DNA of 62,579 bases. It comes from an uncultured Acholeplasmatales bacterium. Its GTDB lineage: Bacteria > Bacillota_I > Bacilli_A > Acholeplasmatales > UBA5453. The stretch covers positions 1 through 62,579 of the forward strand of contig CAKMJY010000001.1 of NCBI GenBank assembly GCA_927433595.1, read 5' to 3'. Every line of letters starts with the position of its first letter. Position 1 is the first letter of the stretch. Position numbers and translations under genes: made by a program. Below, piece after piece: positions 17,193-27,581 of this stretch. Below the pieces are notes generated by a model, which saw only the letters and a list, made by a program, of their open reading frames with translations, was not told the DNA's origin and ran no database searches.

Positions 17193-17954
17193 ATGAATAT
17201 CGATAGGCAAAGAAAACTACTACAATTTAGAAAATCTAAAATCAACCTCGCTCTAAATATCATCCATGTGTTATTGTTTTTTATCACAATGGGTGGTTAT
17301 ATACTTTTTTTCACATTAATCATCTTATTATCTGGTCTAAGCATGTGGCGAGCATCAAATCAAGTGGGTATGCCGCTTGATGTCAGCATCTATAATTCTG
17401 TTGAAGACATCAGTGACGTTCATGTGCATCTCATTGATTTTCAAGATAGTAATTTGAGGTATGAGGTATATGCAAATATTACGACTGCAGCGGATTATAC
17501 GGTTTACATCGACGACCAATATGGCTTAATCGATAAAATGTATTTAGATGATAACGAAATTTTCTATAATGAGGAAAATAGATACGTCATACCTGCAGGC
17601 ACTTATGACATAAAATTGGAAATGATCAATAATGTTGATGTAGAGACATTTAAAGGCGTCACATCAGCGGAAATATATCTGACGGATTATGAGCAAACAA
17701 CACTTTCAAGTTATTTTAGGCCATTTCCACGCGATCAAGAACCAACGATTCAAAGTCTGACATTGATTACAGCCTCATCGACAGGAAAATATGTACCAAA
17801 AATGTATAGAGCACCGATATTTCAAGCAGTCCTCAAAGTTCAACAAGTCTTGATTATATATACAGTCCTCAATATGATAAAAATCATTGTCTTATTCTTT
17901 TTTACCAGTTCTGCAAGGCGAGAACGTAAAATAAATTATCATCGGCCATCATAA
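17193..17954 (+). CDS. Hypothetical membrane protein
   Basis: N- and C-terminal hydrophobic segments flank a soluble domain. Confidence 0.75.
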   Translation: MNIDRQRKLLQFRKSKINLALNIIHVLLFFITMGGYILFFTLIILLSGLSMWRASNQVGMPLDVSIYNSVEDISDVHVHLIDFQDSNLRYEVYANITTAADYTVYIDDQYGLIDKMYLDDNEIFYNEENRYVIPAGTYDIKLEMINNVDVETFKGVTSAEIYLTDYEQTTLSSYFRPFPRDQEPTIQSLTLITASSTGKYVPKMYRAPIFQAVLKVQQVLIIYTVLNMIKIIVLFFFTSSARRERKINYHRPS

Positions 17955-18000
17955 AACAATAAGAAGTGTATTTCAAAATGACACAACCTAATAAGATAGA

Positions 18001-18053
18001 AAAAGGTTTGATATTTCAAGCGCACAATGTAACGCTTCTATATCAAACCTTTT
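18001..18053. repeat. Long inverted repeat between convergent genes
   Basis: AAAAGGTTTGATAT ... ATATCAAACCTTTT with inner AAGCG/CGCTT. Confidence 0.85.
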
Positions 18054-18095
18054 ATATCATTATGAATTAATTTCGTTAAAATTGGGCATCTAGAA

Positions 18096-18566
18096 TTACT
18101 TTGTTCGGATAGCTAGTTTTAATACTTGTTCACCATAGGCAACCATACCGGTATCGATGAAGCCATACTTTAAGTAAAACTGGTAAGGCATGTCGCCGTG
18201 CATTTCACAGGATGTATATAAATAATCTTTGTTGTCTGCTCTACACTTATCGACAATCAAGTCTAAGATTGATTTGCCATAACCCTTGTTTTGATAGTCA
18301 AGTGCAATCATGTATCGCCAAAGGTAATATGATTTGTCCGGTTCTTCGACTTCATCCGGTACTAAACTAAGCATCACAAACCCAATTGGTATATCATCTA
18401 AATAGATGGCTCTTGGCCATGCATTACCTGGGTTAACATAAGCTTCTGCGATAGAGTACATATTTGGCGCAACACAACTTTTTTGATAATCTGTTAATGT
18501 GTCACTTAGTTTAATAACAACCAATAGGTTATCTGTTGTTAATGCTTGTAAAGAAAGTTCACTCAT
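18096..18566 (-). CDS. GNAT acetyltransferase (spermidine N1-acetyltransferase-like)
   Basis: SIAEAY, RAIY, YQNKGYG, FYLKYGF motifs. Confidence 0.9.
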   Translation of the reverse strand: MSELSLQALTTDNLLVVIKLSDTLTDYQKSCVAPNMYSIAEAYVNPGNAWPRAIYLDDIPIGFVMLSLVPDEVEEPDKSYYLWRYMIALDYQNKGYGKSILDLIVDKCRADNKDYLYTSCEMHGDMPYQFYLKYGFIDTGMVAYGEQVLKLAIRTK

Positions 18567-18867
18567 AAAAACACCTCGTACTTGATTATTAATTCTATTT
18601 TATCACGTTTTGGTGATTGTTTAGAAAACTTGGTAGAAGTTATAAATGGGTGAAATCGAGGGTGTTTTAGTGGTTTTATAGCTATATTTACGCTTATAAA
18701 CATATAAATACAATTTAAATCTCTTAAACAAAAAGGGTATAAGCAAGGATAAAAACCTAATTAACTCATAATTAATATAAAAAAGACTATTATTTATAAT
18801 AAATATGCGCATTATTTATAAGACGCTAGGTTGCTTATGATACAATAGTCACATGGAGGATTTATAC

Positions 18868-20703
18868 ATGAAGAATAACTTAAAGATTGAGTTGGTATTT
18901 ACAGTCACCTCTATTGTTTTAATTCTAACAGCAACCATATTTGGTCGAATGCTTGGTGACCAAATTGAAATGATTCTATACGGATTATCATTTTTAATTG
19001 GTGGTTATTATAAAGCAAAAGAAGGTGTTTTAGAAACCATTAAAAACAAGGCACTCAATGTTGAAATATTGATGATTCTAGCTGCACTAGGGGCATTTGT
19101 ATTAAAGAACTATGCCGAAGGTGCGATTTTAATATTCATATTTGCATTATCTGGTTTACTGGAAGACTATGCCAATGATAAAAGTGAAAAAGCATTTACG
19201 AGCTTACTAAATCTAGCACCTGAAAAGGCGATCATCATTAAAGATGGTAAAGAGATTACCATCGATGCCAAGGATTTGAAGATTGGTGATAAAGTGGTTG
19301 TTAAAGTGGGTTCTCAAGTTCCCGCCGATGGCAAGATTATTAATGGCTCAACGTCTATCAATGAATCGATGATCACTGGCGAATTTGTCCCAGTAGATAA
19401 ACAGGTGAATGATCCAGTATTTTCAGGCACATTAAACCAATCATCTGCCTTTACGATGGTAGTGGAAAAAGATATGAAAGAATCAATGGTTCAAAAAATC
19501 ATTGATTTCGTCAATGAAGCACATGACAATAAAACGGAAACTGAAACATTCATTGATAAGTTTGAACGCTATTATGTATATGTCGTTATCTTGCTTGCGA
19601 TACTCACCATGACTGTACCAGCTTGGGTTGGTTGGTGGACTCAAAGTGAAGCGTTATATAGAGGGATTGTCGTATTAGTCGTTGGGTCACCTTGTGCCCT
19701 AGTAGCATCCGTTTCACCAGCTGTCTTGTCCTCGTTATCCAACGCATCACGCGCAGGTATCTTAATTAAAGGTGGGAAACACTTAGAGGCGCTAGCGAAG
19801 ATTAACGCAGTTATGTTAGATAAAACAGGAACTGTGACAGAAGGTAAACCTGAAGTCAAAGAAATCTATTGCAAAGTCGATAACAAAGATGATGTCTGCA
19901 AGATTATTTATACACTAGAAAAACAATCCACACACCCACTTGCTCAAGCAGTGGTGGATTATCTTAAAGACACTGACACCGTTTCAATGCAATCCAAAGA
20001 AACACCAGGCAAAGGCATTGAAGGTGAATTTGAAGGGTCTTTATGGCAAGTCGGTAAATTCGATGTCAAGATAAACAAGACATTAGAAGAAGCGGTCAAT
20101 CAAGCCCATAAAGCAGGATATACAACTGTATTTGTCTCAAAAAATGGTGAATTAATTGGCTTTATATCCTTGATGGATAAGATTAGACCAAATGTGAAAC
20201 AAGCCATTACAAATCTAAAAGCCATGAATATTAGAACCATTTTAATGACCGGTGATAACCGTTATGCTGCAGGCAGCATTGCCAAAGAAGTTGGCATTGA
20301 GTATGTATTAAGTGAACTATTACCAGAAGATAAGCATAGACACGTTGAATCACTGAAAAAGAGTGGTAAAAACGTCATGATGGTAGGCGATGGCATCAAC
20401 GATGCACCTGCTTTAGCAATCGCCGATGTTGGGGTTGCGATGGGGTCAGGTACGGATGTTTCTTTAGAGACTGCAGATGTTGTCTTTATGAACAACCGCA
20501 TTGAAAACATTGAAAAATCGATATTGTTGGCGAAGCGTATGAAACGCATATCTGGTCAAAATATCATATTTTCAATTAGTGTCATTACGATGCTGTTAAT
20601 CAGTAACTTATTTGGGATCATCTTATTACCTATTGGTGTGGTTGCCCATGAGGGTTCAACTATTTTGGTTATCTTAAACAGCTTGAGATTACTAAGGAAA
20701 TAA
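18868..20703 (+). CDS. Heavy-metal P1B-4 ATPase (PfeT/ZosA-like)
   Basis: SPC, DKTGT, GDGINDAP and HEGST motifs; no N-terminal HMA domain. Confidence 0.92.
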   Translation: MKNNLKIELVFTVTSIVLILTATIFGRMLGDQIEMILYGLSFLIGGYYKAKEGVLETIKNKALNVEILMILAALGAFVLKNYAEGAILIFIFALSGLLEDYANDKSEKAFTSLLNLAPEKAIIIKDGKEITIDAKDLKIGDKVVVKVGSQVPADGKIINGSTSINESMITGEFVPVDKQVNDPVFSGTLNQSSAFTMVVEKDMKESMVQKIIDFVNEAHDNKTETETFIDKFERYYVYVVILLAILTMTVPAWVGWWTQSEALYRGIVVLVVGSPCALVASVSPAVLSSLSNASRAGILIKGGKHLEALAKINAVMLDKTGTVTEGKPEVKEIYCKVDNKDDVCKIIYTLEKQSTHPLAQAVVDYLKDTDTVSMQSKETPGKGIEGEFEGSLWQVGKFDVKINKTLEEAVNQAHKAGYTTVFVSKNGELIGFISLMDKIRPNVKQAITNLKAMNIRTILMTGDNRYAAGSIAKEVGIEYVLSELLPEDKHRHVESLKKSGKNVMMVGDGINDAPALAIADVGVAMGSGTDVSLETADVVFMNNRIENIEKSILLAKRMKRISGQNIIFSISVITMLLISNLFGIILLPIGVVAHEGSTILVILNSLRLLRK

Positions 20704-20713
20704 GGAGGATATC

Positions 20714-21172
20714 ATGTTAGAAGTAGGTACGAAAGTAAAAGACTTTACGCTCTTAGATGGGTATGGAAAAAGTCATCGTCTGAGTGATTATAAAGGCAAG
20801 AAAGTGGTGTTATATTTTTACCCACAAGACCATACACCGGGCTGTACAACACAAGCTTGTACATTCAAAGACATTCACCATGATTTAAAGCAGTCGAATG
20901 TTATTTTGATAGGCATCAGCACAGATGATGCCATGAGTCATAAGAAATTCATTGAAGATTTTGATTTACCATTTATCTTATTGTCAGATACAGATAAAAC
21001 GGTATCGACCTATTTCGGGTCATATGGCGAAAAAAATATGTACGGTAAAATCGTGGTTGGGATGATTAGATCAACCTTTATCATCAATGAAAACGGTGTC
21101 ATTGAAAAAGTTTTCAAAAGAGCGTCCGCAAAAACAAACGCTTCATCCGTTTTAGCCTATATCAAGGCCTAA
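20714..21172 (+). CDS. bcp: Peroxiredoxin (BCP/PrxQ)
   Basis: YFYP...TPGCTTQAC motif. Confidence 0.92.
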   Translation: MLEVGTKVKDFTLLDGYGKSHRLSDYKGKKVVLYFYPQDHTPGCTTQACTFKDIHHDLKQSNVILIGISTDDAMSHKKFIEDFDLPFILLSDTDKTVSTYFGSYGEKNMYGKIVVGMIRSTFIINENGVIEKVFKRASAKTNASSVLAYIKA

Positions 21173-21223
21173 ATTAGAATTTTTTCATTATAAAAAATTA
21201 TTCAGTTTTAAGCCTTTATCGGG

Positions 21224-21252
21224 TTGCATTAAATATCGTTTTACGTTATAAT
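21224..21252 (+). promoter_or_regulatory. Sigma-A promoter of PFOR
   Basis: TTGCAT-17 bp-TATAAT. Confidence 0.7.
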
Positions 21253-21297
21253 TACATCGCGGGTTATTCTAAAAGAATAAGCAAAAGGAGGATAAAA

Positions 21298-24200
21298 ATG
21301 GCTGATAAAAAAGTTATTAAGTCAATGGACGGAGCAGAAGCGTCATCTTATGTCGCTTATGCATTTACCGAAGTAGCGGGTATATATCCAATTACACCAT
21401 CTACACCAATCGGACAAAATGTTGACTTATGGGCATCTCAAGGTAAGAAAAACCTTTTTGGTATGCCAGTTAAGGTCGTTGAAATGCAAAGTGAAGCGGG
21501 GGCTGCAGGTACAGTACACGGTTCACTACAAACCGGTTTACTAACCACATCATTTACAGCATCTCAAGGGCTACTATTAAAATTGCCAAATATGTACAAG
21601 ATCGCTGGTCAATTATTGCCAGGGGTTATCCATGTTGCTGCACGTTCAATCGCAGCACAAGCACTATCCATCTTCGGTGACCACCAAGACGTGATGGCTG
21701 CAAGACAAACTGGTTGGGCTATGTTAGCATCCAACTCAGTACAAGAAGTAATGGACTTAGGTGGTATTGCCCATCTAGCTGCCATCAGAGGGTCTCTACC
21801 TTTCTTACACTTCTTTGATGGTTTTAGAACGTCACACGAAGTTAATACCATTGAAGTCATCGATTATGAAGTATTCGATAAGTTATTAGATAGAGAAGCA
21901 CTTGCTAAATTTAGAGCAGGCGCATTAAATCCAGCTCATCCAAAAACACGTGGTACGGCTCAAAATGATGACATTTATTTCCAAACACGTACTTTACAAG
22001 CCTCACAGTATGATGCCATTCCAGATATCGTGAATGACTACATGCAAGAAATCTCTAAAGTCACAGGTCGTCAATACGCACCATTTAACTACTATGGTGA
22101 TCCTGAAGCAACAGATGTTATCGTTGCAATGGGTTCTGTTGTAGAAACAGCGAAAGAAACGATTGACTATCTTGTTAGACAGGGTAGAAAAGTTGGTATG
22201 GTATCAGTTCACTTATTCAGACCATTCTCAGAAAAATACTTCTTTGCAGCAATGCCAAAGACAGTTAAGAGAATTGCGGTTATGGATAGAACCATTGAAC
22301 CAGGCTCAACAGGCGAACCTTTATACCTAGATGTTAGATCTATGTTCTACGGAAGAGAATCACAACCAACCATCATTGGTGGTATTTACGGGTTATCTTC
22401 AAAAGATACAACTCCTAACATGATCAATGCTATCTTCAAAAACTTAGCAGGTGAACAAAAAGACCACTTCACAGTTGGTATTAACGATGACGTCACACAT
22501 ACTTCTATTGATTTCTCAGAAAATGTCGATGTTACTGACAAAGAAACAACTGAATTATTATTCTTCGGTTTAGGTTCTGACGGTACCGTTGGTGCGTCTA
22601 AGAATATCGTTAAAATCATTGGTGATAACACAGCACTTTACTCACAAGCTTATGCAGCTTATGACTCTAAAAAAGCGGGTGGGGTTACACGTATGCACTT
22701 ACGTTTCAGCCCATACACCATCAAATCTACTTACCTAGTTAACAATCCACACATGGTGTCATGTTCTGCAGATACTTACTTGCAAAAATATGACATGATC
22801 AAAGGATTACGTCAAGGTGGTAAATTCTTATTAAATACACAAGTTACTAAGGATGAAATTGAAGCATTCTTACCTAATAAAGTGAAACGTCAACTAGCTC
22901 AAAAAGCAGCTAAGTTCTATATCATCAACGCGGTTGATCTAGCGTATGAAATTGGCTTAGGTAGACGTACTAACACCATCATGCAAAGTGCGCAATTACG
23001 TTTACTTGACCACTTAATGCCATTCGAAAAAGCAGAAGATTACATGAAGAAGTATGCTGAAAAATCTTACGGACGTAAGGGTGAAGCTGTCCTTCAAATG
23101 AACTATGCGGCCATCGAAGCTGGATACAAACATTTAGTTGAAGTTGAAGTTAAACCTGAATGGGCATTCTTAGAAGATGAAGTCAAAGAAGAAACAAACC
23201 GTCCATCATTCGTTAAGAATATCGCTGATATCGTTAACGCAATTGAAGGGGATTCATTACCAGTATCTGCATTCCTAGGCTATGAAGATGGTCATATGGA
23301 TAACGGCGCTGCTGCATATGAAAAACGCGGTATTGCAAACTTCGTACCAGGTTGGAGAGCAGAAAACTGCATCCAATGTAACCAATGCGTATTCGCATGT
23401 CCACATGCGGTTATCCGCGCATTCTTAGCAACTGAAGAAGAAGCTGCAAAAGCACCTGAAGGCACTAAGTTATTACCAGGTAAAGGTAAAGGGCTTGACC
23501 AATACAAATACACCATCCAAGTTTCAACACTTGACTGTACAGAATGTGGTGTGTGCGTTGAAGTATGTCCTGCGCCAGGTAAGGCATTATTCATGACCCC
23601 AATCGGGCCTGAATTATCCGCTGGTTCTCAACAAATCGCTGACTACTTCTTCAATGAAGTTACTTATAAGAACATCGGTAACGACAACGTGAAGAACGTT
23701 AACTTTAACAAACCATTATTCGAATTCTCTGGTGCGTGCGCTGGTTGTGGTGAAACACCATACATCAAAGCCATCACTCAATTATTCGGTGAACGTATGA
23801 TCTTAGCGAATGCAACAGGTTGTACATCTATTTATGGTGCATCATATCCTGCTACACCATATACAACACTACCAAACGGTAGAGGTCCAGCATGGGCTAA
23901 CTCATTATTCGAAGACAATGCTGAATTCGGTTTCGGTATGAGAATCGCTTATGAAACCATGAGAGACAGAATCCATAACTTGTTCGTCAATCATTTAAAT
24001 GAAATGCCTGAAACACTAAAAGGCTTAGCACAAGAATGGTTAGAACACAGAGCAGAAGGCCAATACACTCAAGACTTAGCACCTAAATTAGAAGCTGAAC
24101 TTGAAAAAGTAAATGCACCTTATGCAAAAGAATTACTTGAACTCAAAGATTACTTTGTGCGTGTTAGCCAATGGATCATGGGTGGTGACGGATGGGCATA

Positions 24201-24831
24201 TGACATCGGTTATGGCGGTATCGACCATGTTATCGCAAATAACGAAGACGTTAATATCTTAGTCCTAGACACTGAAGTATATTCAAACACTGGTGGTCAA
24301 TCATCTAAATCTGCACCAAGTGCTGCAATCGCTAAGTTTGCTGCATCCGGTAAGAAGACTAAGAAGAAAGACTTAGCAGCAATCGCAATGAGCTACGGCC
24401 ACGTGTATGTTGCACAAATTTCACATGGTGCTTCACCAGCACAAGTAATCAAGACATTAAAAGAAGCTGAATCTTATAACGGTCCATCTCTAGTCATTGC
24501 TTACTCACCATGTATCGAACACGGTATTAAGGGTGGTCTAACACAATCTGCTGCACAAGCTAAGCTTGCAACTGAATGTGGATACTGGCCAACGTTCAGA
24601 TATGACCCAAGATTAGTAGAACAAGGTAAGAATCCATTCCAAATCGATTCTAAGCCACCAGTCTGGGATAAATATCAAGACTACTTATTATCTGAATCTC
24701 GTTATGCACAATTATCACAAATTAATCCAGACCACGCTGAAGAACTATTGAAACAAAACTTAAACGATGCTAAGAATCGTTGGTCAATGTATCAACGTTA
24801 TAAAGCTATGGATTATTCAAAACAAGATTAA
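21298..24831 (+). CDS. nifJ: Pyruvate:ferredoxin/flavodoxin oxidoreductase
   Basis: YPITPS, MQSEAGAAG, two ferredoxin CxxCxxCxxxCP motifs, GACAGCGE, GGDGWAYDIG; 1177 aa. Confidence 0.97.
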   Translation: MADKKVIKSMDGAEASSYVAYAFTEVAGIYPITPSTPIGQNVDLWASQGKKNLFGMPVKVVEMQSEAGAAGTVHGSLQTGLLTTSFTASQGLLLKLPNMYKIAGQLLPGVIHVAARSIAAQALSIFGDHQDVMAARQTGWAMLASNSVQEVMDLGGIAHLAAIRGSLPFLHFFDGFRTSHEVNTIEVIDYEVFDKLLDREALAKFRAGALNPAHPKTRGTAQNDDIYFQTRTLQASQYDAIPDIVNDYMQEISKVTGRQYAPFNYYGDPEATDVIVAMGSVVETAKETIDYLVRQGRKVGMVSVHLFRPFSEKYFFAAMPKTVKRIAVMDRTIEPGSTGEPLYLDVRSMFYGRESQPTIIGGIYGLSSKDTTPNMINAIFKNLAGEQKDHFTVGINDDVTHTSIDFSENVDVTDKETTELLFFGLGSDGTVGASKNIVKIIGDNTALYSQAYAAYDSKKAGGVTRMHLRFSPYTIKSTYLVNNPHMVSCSADTYLQKYDMIKGLRQGGKFLLNTQVTKDEIEAFLPNKVKRQLAQKAAKFYIINAVDLAYEIGLGRRTNTIMQSAQLRLLDHLMPFEKAEDYMKKYAEKSYGRKGEAVLQMNYAAIEAGYKHLVEVEVKPEWAFLEDEVKEETNRPSFVKNIADIVNAIEGDSLPVSAFLGYEDGHMDNGAAAYEKRGIANFVPGWRAENCIQCNQCVFACPHAVIRAFLATEEEAAKAPEGTKLLPGKGKGLDQYKYTIQVSTLDCTECGVCVEVCPAPGKALFMTPIGPELSAGSQQIADYFFNEVTYKNIGNDNVKNVNFNKPLFEFSGACAGCGETPYIKAITQLFGERMILANATGCTSIYGASYPATPYTTLPNGRGPAWANSLFEDNAEFGFGMRIAYETMRDRIHNLFVNHLNEMPETLKGLAQEWLEHRAEGQYTQDLAPKLEAELEKVNAPYAKELLELKDYFVRVSQWIMGGDGWAYDIGYGGIDHVIANNEDVNILVLDTEVYSNTGGQSSKSAPSAAIAKFAASGKKTKKKDLAAIAMSYGHVYVAQISHGASPAQVIKTLKEAESYNGPSLVIAYSPCIEHGIKGGLTQSAAQAKLATECGYWPTFRYDPRLVEQGKNPFQIDSKPPVWDKYQDYLLSESRYAQLSQINPDHAEELLKQNLNDAKNRWSMYQRYKAMDYSKQD

Positions 24832-24843
24832 TGACGTAAACAT

Positions 24844-24878
24844 GAAGCATGCCCTCAAAAGCATGCTTCTTATTTTTA
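24844..24878 (+). terminator. Intrinsic terminator
   Basis: GAAGCATGC-cctcaaaa-GCATGCTTC plus T-rich tail. Confidence 0.85.
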
Positions 24879-24956
24879 TCCTCACGTGTACGCACGCATC
24901 TTATATTTAAAACAAAGGCTAACGTCTATAAGATAATTTTTATAAAAAAGCACCTT

Positions 24957-24970
24957 GGAAAGCGTTCTCA
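24957..24970. promoter_or_regulatory. cre-like site upstream of oppA1
   Basis: GGAAAGCGTTCTCA, one mismatch to TGWAANCGNTNWCA. Confidence 0.55.
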
Positions 24971-25035
24971 TACGCAAAATATGGGTTTTTTCGACTATAA
25001 CGCGATTTATTGTAAAAAATAATAAGAGTTTGTTG

Positions 25036-25064
25036 TTGACACGTGGGGTAAAATATTGTAAACT
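25036..25064 (+). promoter_or_regulatory. Sigma-A promoter of opp operon 1
   Basis: TTGACA-17 bp-TAAACT. Confidence 0.7.
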
Positions 25065-25096
25065 TATTTCAAACCATATAAAAAGGAGAGAATTAT

Positions 25097-27472
25097 ATGA
25101 AAAAATTGATGACATTAGCACTCCTTGCGGTTGCAGGCGTTGTATTAGCAGCGTGTGGCGGCGGCAGCAGTGTTGATAAAGTTTTAGTCGTTGGTTATGA
25201 TCCGTTCAGTGAAAAGTTTAGTCCATTCTTCGCTGATACTGCATATGACCAAGACGTAGTTGGTATGACAAGCGTAGGCTTACTTACGACTGACCGAGAT
25301 GGTGGTATCGTTTACGGTGCTATCGAAGGAGAAACGGTTACTCGTGGTGGCGTTGATCACTTCTATACAGGCTTAACTGACCTTGAAGTTGTATATAATG
25401 AAACAACAGATGTTACAACATATACAATCACATTAAAACAAGGCGTTAAATTCTCAGACGGTGAAACATTAGACGCTGATGACGTAATATTCACATATTA
25501 CACACTATTAGACCCATACTTCTCAGGTTCATCGACTCTTAACTCAGTTGATATCGTTGGATACAGAGACTATGTAGCAAATGACTCATCTGCAACAGCA
25601 GCTGCTGAAAGTGCTCAAAGTTTATTAGATGGTGTATTAGCAGACTTACCTGGTAATCCAGATGAAGAAGCAGCTGTAGCTGAATTCGTTGCAGGCGTAC
25701 TTGCTGACGAAGTAGGTTGGGTTGAATCTATCATGGATAACGCAGCATATATCGGTGCAGGCTATGTTCGTAAAGAAGATGGTTCAGCATGGACAGAAGC
25801 TGACGGTGCAGCCGCTAAATCAGTTCCTGGAACATTCGCATTCTTCTATGCATTAGAAGCTGAATATTCAGCTGTAGGTAAAACTATTGCAACAGTACTT
25901 GCAGAAGTACAAGCACAATACGGTGCAGACTATGAAACACTTGGTGCAAACTATGGTGGTTCTGCAACATACTTCTTAGAAGATGTTAAAGGCGTAATCG
26001 TTGATTCACTAGTTGCAGCTTATCTAGCTGAAAATCCTGGTCAACCAGTTGCAAACATTTCAGGTATTACAAAGAAATCACAATACGAAGTTGAAGTTAA
26101 AGTTAATGGCTTTGACGCAGCTGCCGTATATCAAGTTGCTGGTATTACAGTAGCACCTATGCACTATTATGGTGTACCTGCTAAGTATGACTATGCAGCA
26201 AATAAATTCGGTTTTGATAGCAGAACTGAAACAGCAATGGAACCAATGCAAGCTAAGACTTCAGCACCAATGGGCGCTGGTCCTTACAAGTTTGTTAAAT
26301 ATGAAAATAACGTTGTTTACTTTGAAGCTAATGAAAATTACTACAAAGGTGAACCAAAGACTAAGTATGTTAACTTCCAAGTAGTTGCTGAAGCCAATAA
26401 AGTTTCTGCAATCGCTACAGGCGAAATTGACGCTTCTAACCCATCTGGTTCTAAAGTAAGATTCGAAGAAATCGCATCTTATGGTGAACAAATGGAAACT
26501 TACTCAATCGATAACTTAGGTTATGGTTATGTAGGTATCAATGCACTTAACATCCAAGTTGGTACAGAAGAAGCAACAATCGGTTCTGATGAATCTAAAG
26601 CATTAAGAACTGCATTCGCAACAGTTGTTGCATCACAAAGATACACAGTAATCAAATCATACTACGGTGAAGCCGCTAACGTAATTGAATATCCAATTTC
26701 AAATACATCATGGGCAGCACCAAAACCTGGTGATACTGGTTACCAATTCGCATTCGCTAAGAAACCTGATGGTTCAGCTGTATACTCAGCTGCAGATCCT
26801 TCAACATTAACCAATGATGTTAGATCAGCAGAAGCTAAAGCAGCCGCTAAATTATGGTTAGAAGAAGCGGGTTATACATTTGCATCTAAAGCCGGTACTG
26901 CATCATTCGGTGGACAATTATGGACAGCTACAGCACCTGAAGGCGCTAAGACTACATATGAATTCATTATTCCTGCAGGCGGTCAAGGTAATCACCCATC
27001 ATTCGGTATCGTGACAGTGTTCGCACAAATCATGGCTGAACTTGGTATCACTATTGAAGTCAATGACCCAGCTAACTCAAACGTACTTTGGGATACATTA
27101 GACGCATTAGAACAAGAAATGTGGGCAGCTGCATGGGGTTCTACAATTGACCCTGATATGTATCAAGTTTACCACTCTGGTAACGTAATCGGCGAACCTA
27201 ACACATCTGGTTCAAACCACTACTACATCAGATCAGCTCAACTTGACAATCTAATCGTAGCAGCTAGAACATCAGCTGACCAAGATTTCAGAAAGACTAC
27301 TTACAAGCAAGCGCTTGATATCGTTCTTGACTGGGCAGTTGAAGTTCCAACTTATCAAAGACAAAACATTATTCTACTTTCTGCTGAACGTGTTGACATT
27401 TCATCAGTAACACCAGATATTACTACATACTGGGGTTGGATGGCTGAAATCGAAACTCTTGAAATGAATTAA
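25097..27472 (+). CDS. oppA: Oligopeptide ABC substrate-binding lipoprotein
   Basis: Lipobox VLAAC; GVKFSDG...ADDV.FT and GAGPYKF family-5 SBP motifs. Confidence 0.92.
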   Translation: MKKLMTLALLAVAGVVLAACGGGSSVDKVLVVGYDPFSEKFSPFFADTAYDQDVVGMTSVGLLTTDRDGGIVYGAIEGETVTRGGVDHFYTGLTDLEVVYNETTDVTTYTITLKQGVKFSDGETLDADDVIFTYYTLLDPYFSGSSTLNSVDIVGYRDYVANDSSATAAAESAQSLLDGVLADLPGNPDEEAAVAEFVAGVLADEVGWVESIMDNAAYIGAGYVRKEDGSAWTEADGAAAKSVPGTFAFFYALEAEYSAVGKTIATVLAEVQAQYGADYETLGANYGGSATYFLEDVKGVIVDSLVAAYLAENPGQPVANISGITKKSQYEVEVKVNGFDAAAVYQVAGITVAPMHYYGVPAKYDYAANKFGFDSRTETAMEPMQAKTSAPMGAGPYKFVKYENNVVYFEANENYYKGEPKTKYVNFQVVAEANKVSAIATGEIDASNPSGSKVRFEEIASYGEQMETYSIDNLGYGYVGINALNIQVGTEEATIGSDESKALRTAFATVVASQRYTVIKSYYGEAANVIEYPISNTSWAAPKPGDTGYQFAFAKKPDGSAVYSAADPSTLTNDVRSAEAKAAAKLWLEEAGYTFASKAGTASFGGQLWTATAPEGAKTTYEFIIPAGGQGNHPSFGIVTVFAQIMAELGITIEVNDPANSNVLWDTLDALEQEMWAAAWGSTIDPDMYQVYHSGNVIGEPNTSGSNHYYIRSAQLDNLIVAARTSADQDFRKTTYKQALDIVLDWAVEVPTYQRQNIILLSAERVDISSVTPDITTYWGWMAEIETLEMN

Positions 27473-27581
27473 TAGGGTAATAGATTTTAACTAAAATAAA
27501 CAAATAATACTCAAAGAATATAACCCGGCGCAGCCTTCAAAAACTGAGTCGGGTTGTTATTCATGAGTGGAGGTGGATTTA

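Noticed and set aside
18621-18812. 63-aa ORF on the minus strand
   Set aside because: AT-rich divergent promoter region with low-complexity translation and no SD.
18785-18822. PerR/Fur box before the P1B-4 ATPase (and a similar one near 43025-43045 before suf)
   Set aside because: Only partial matches made almost entirely of A/T in an AT-rich genome; biologically plausible but not distinguishable from background by eye.
24882-25176. Short overlapping ORFs upstream of oppA1
   Set aside because: They overlap the promoter and cre-like site and lack SD sequences or recognisable motifs.
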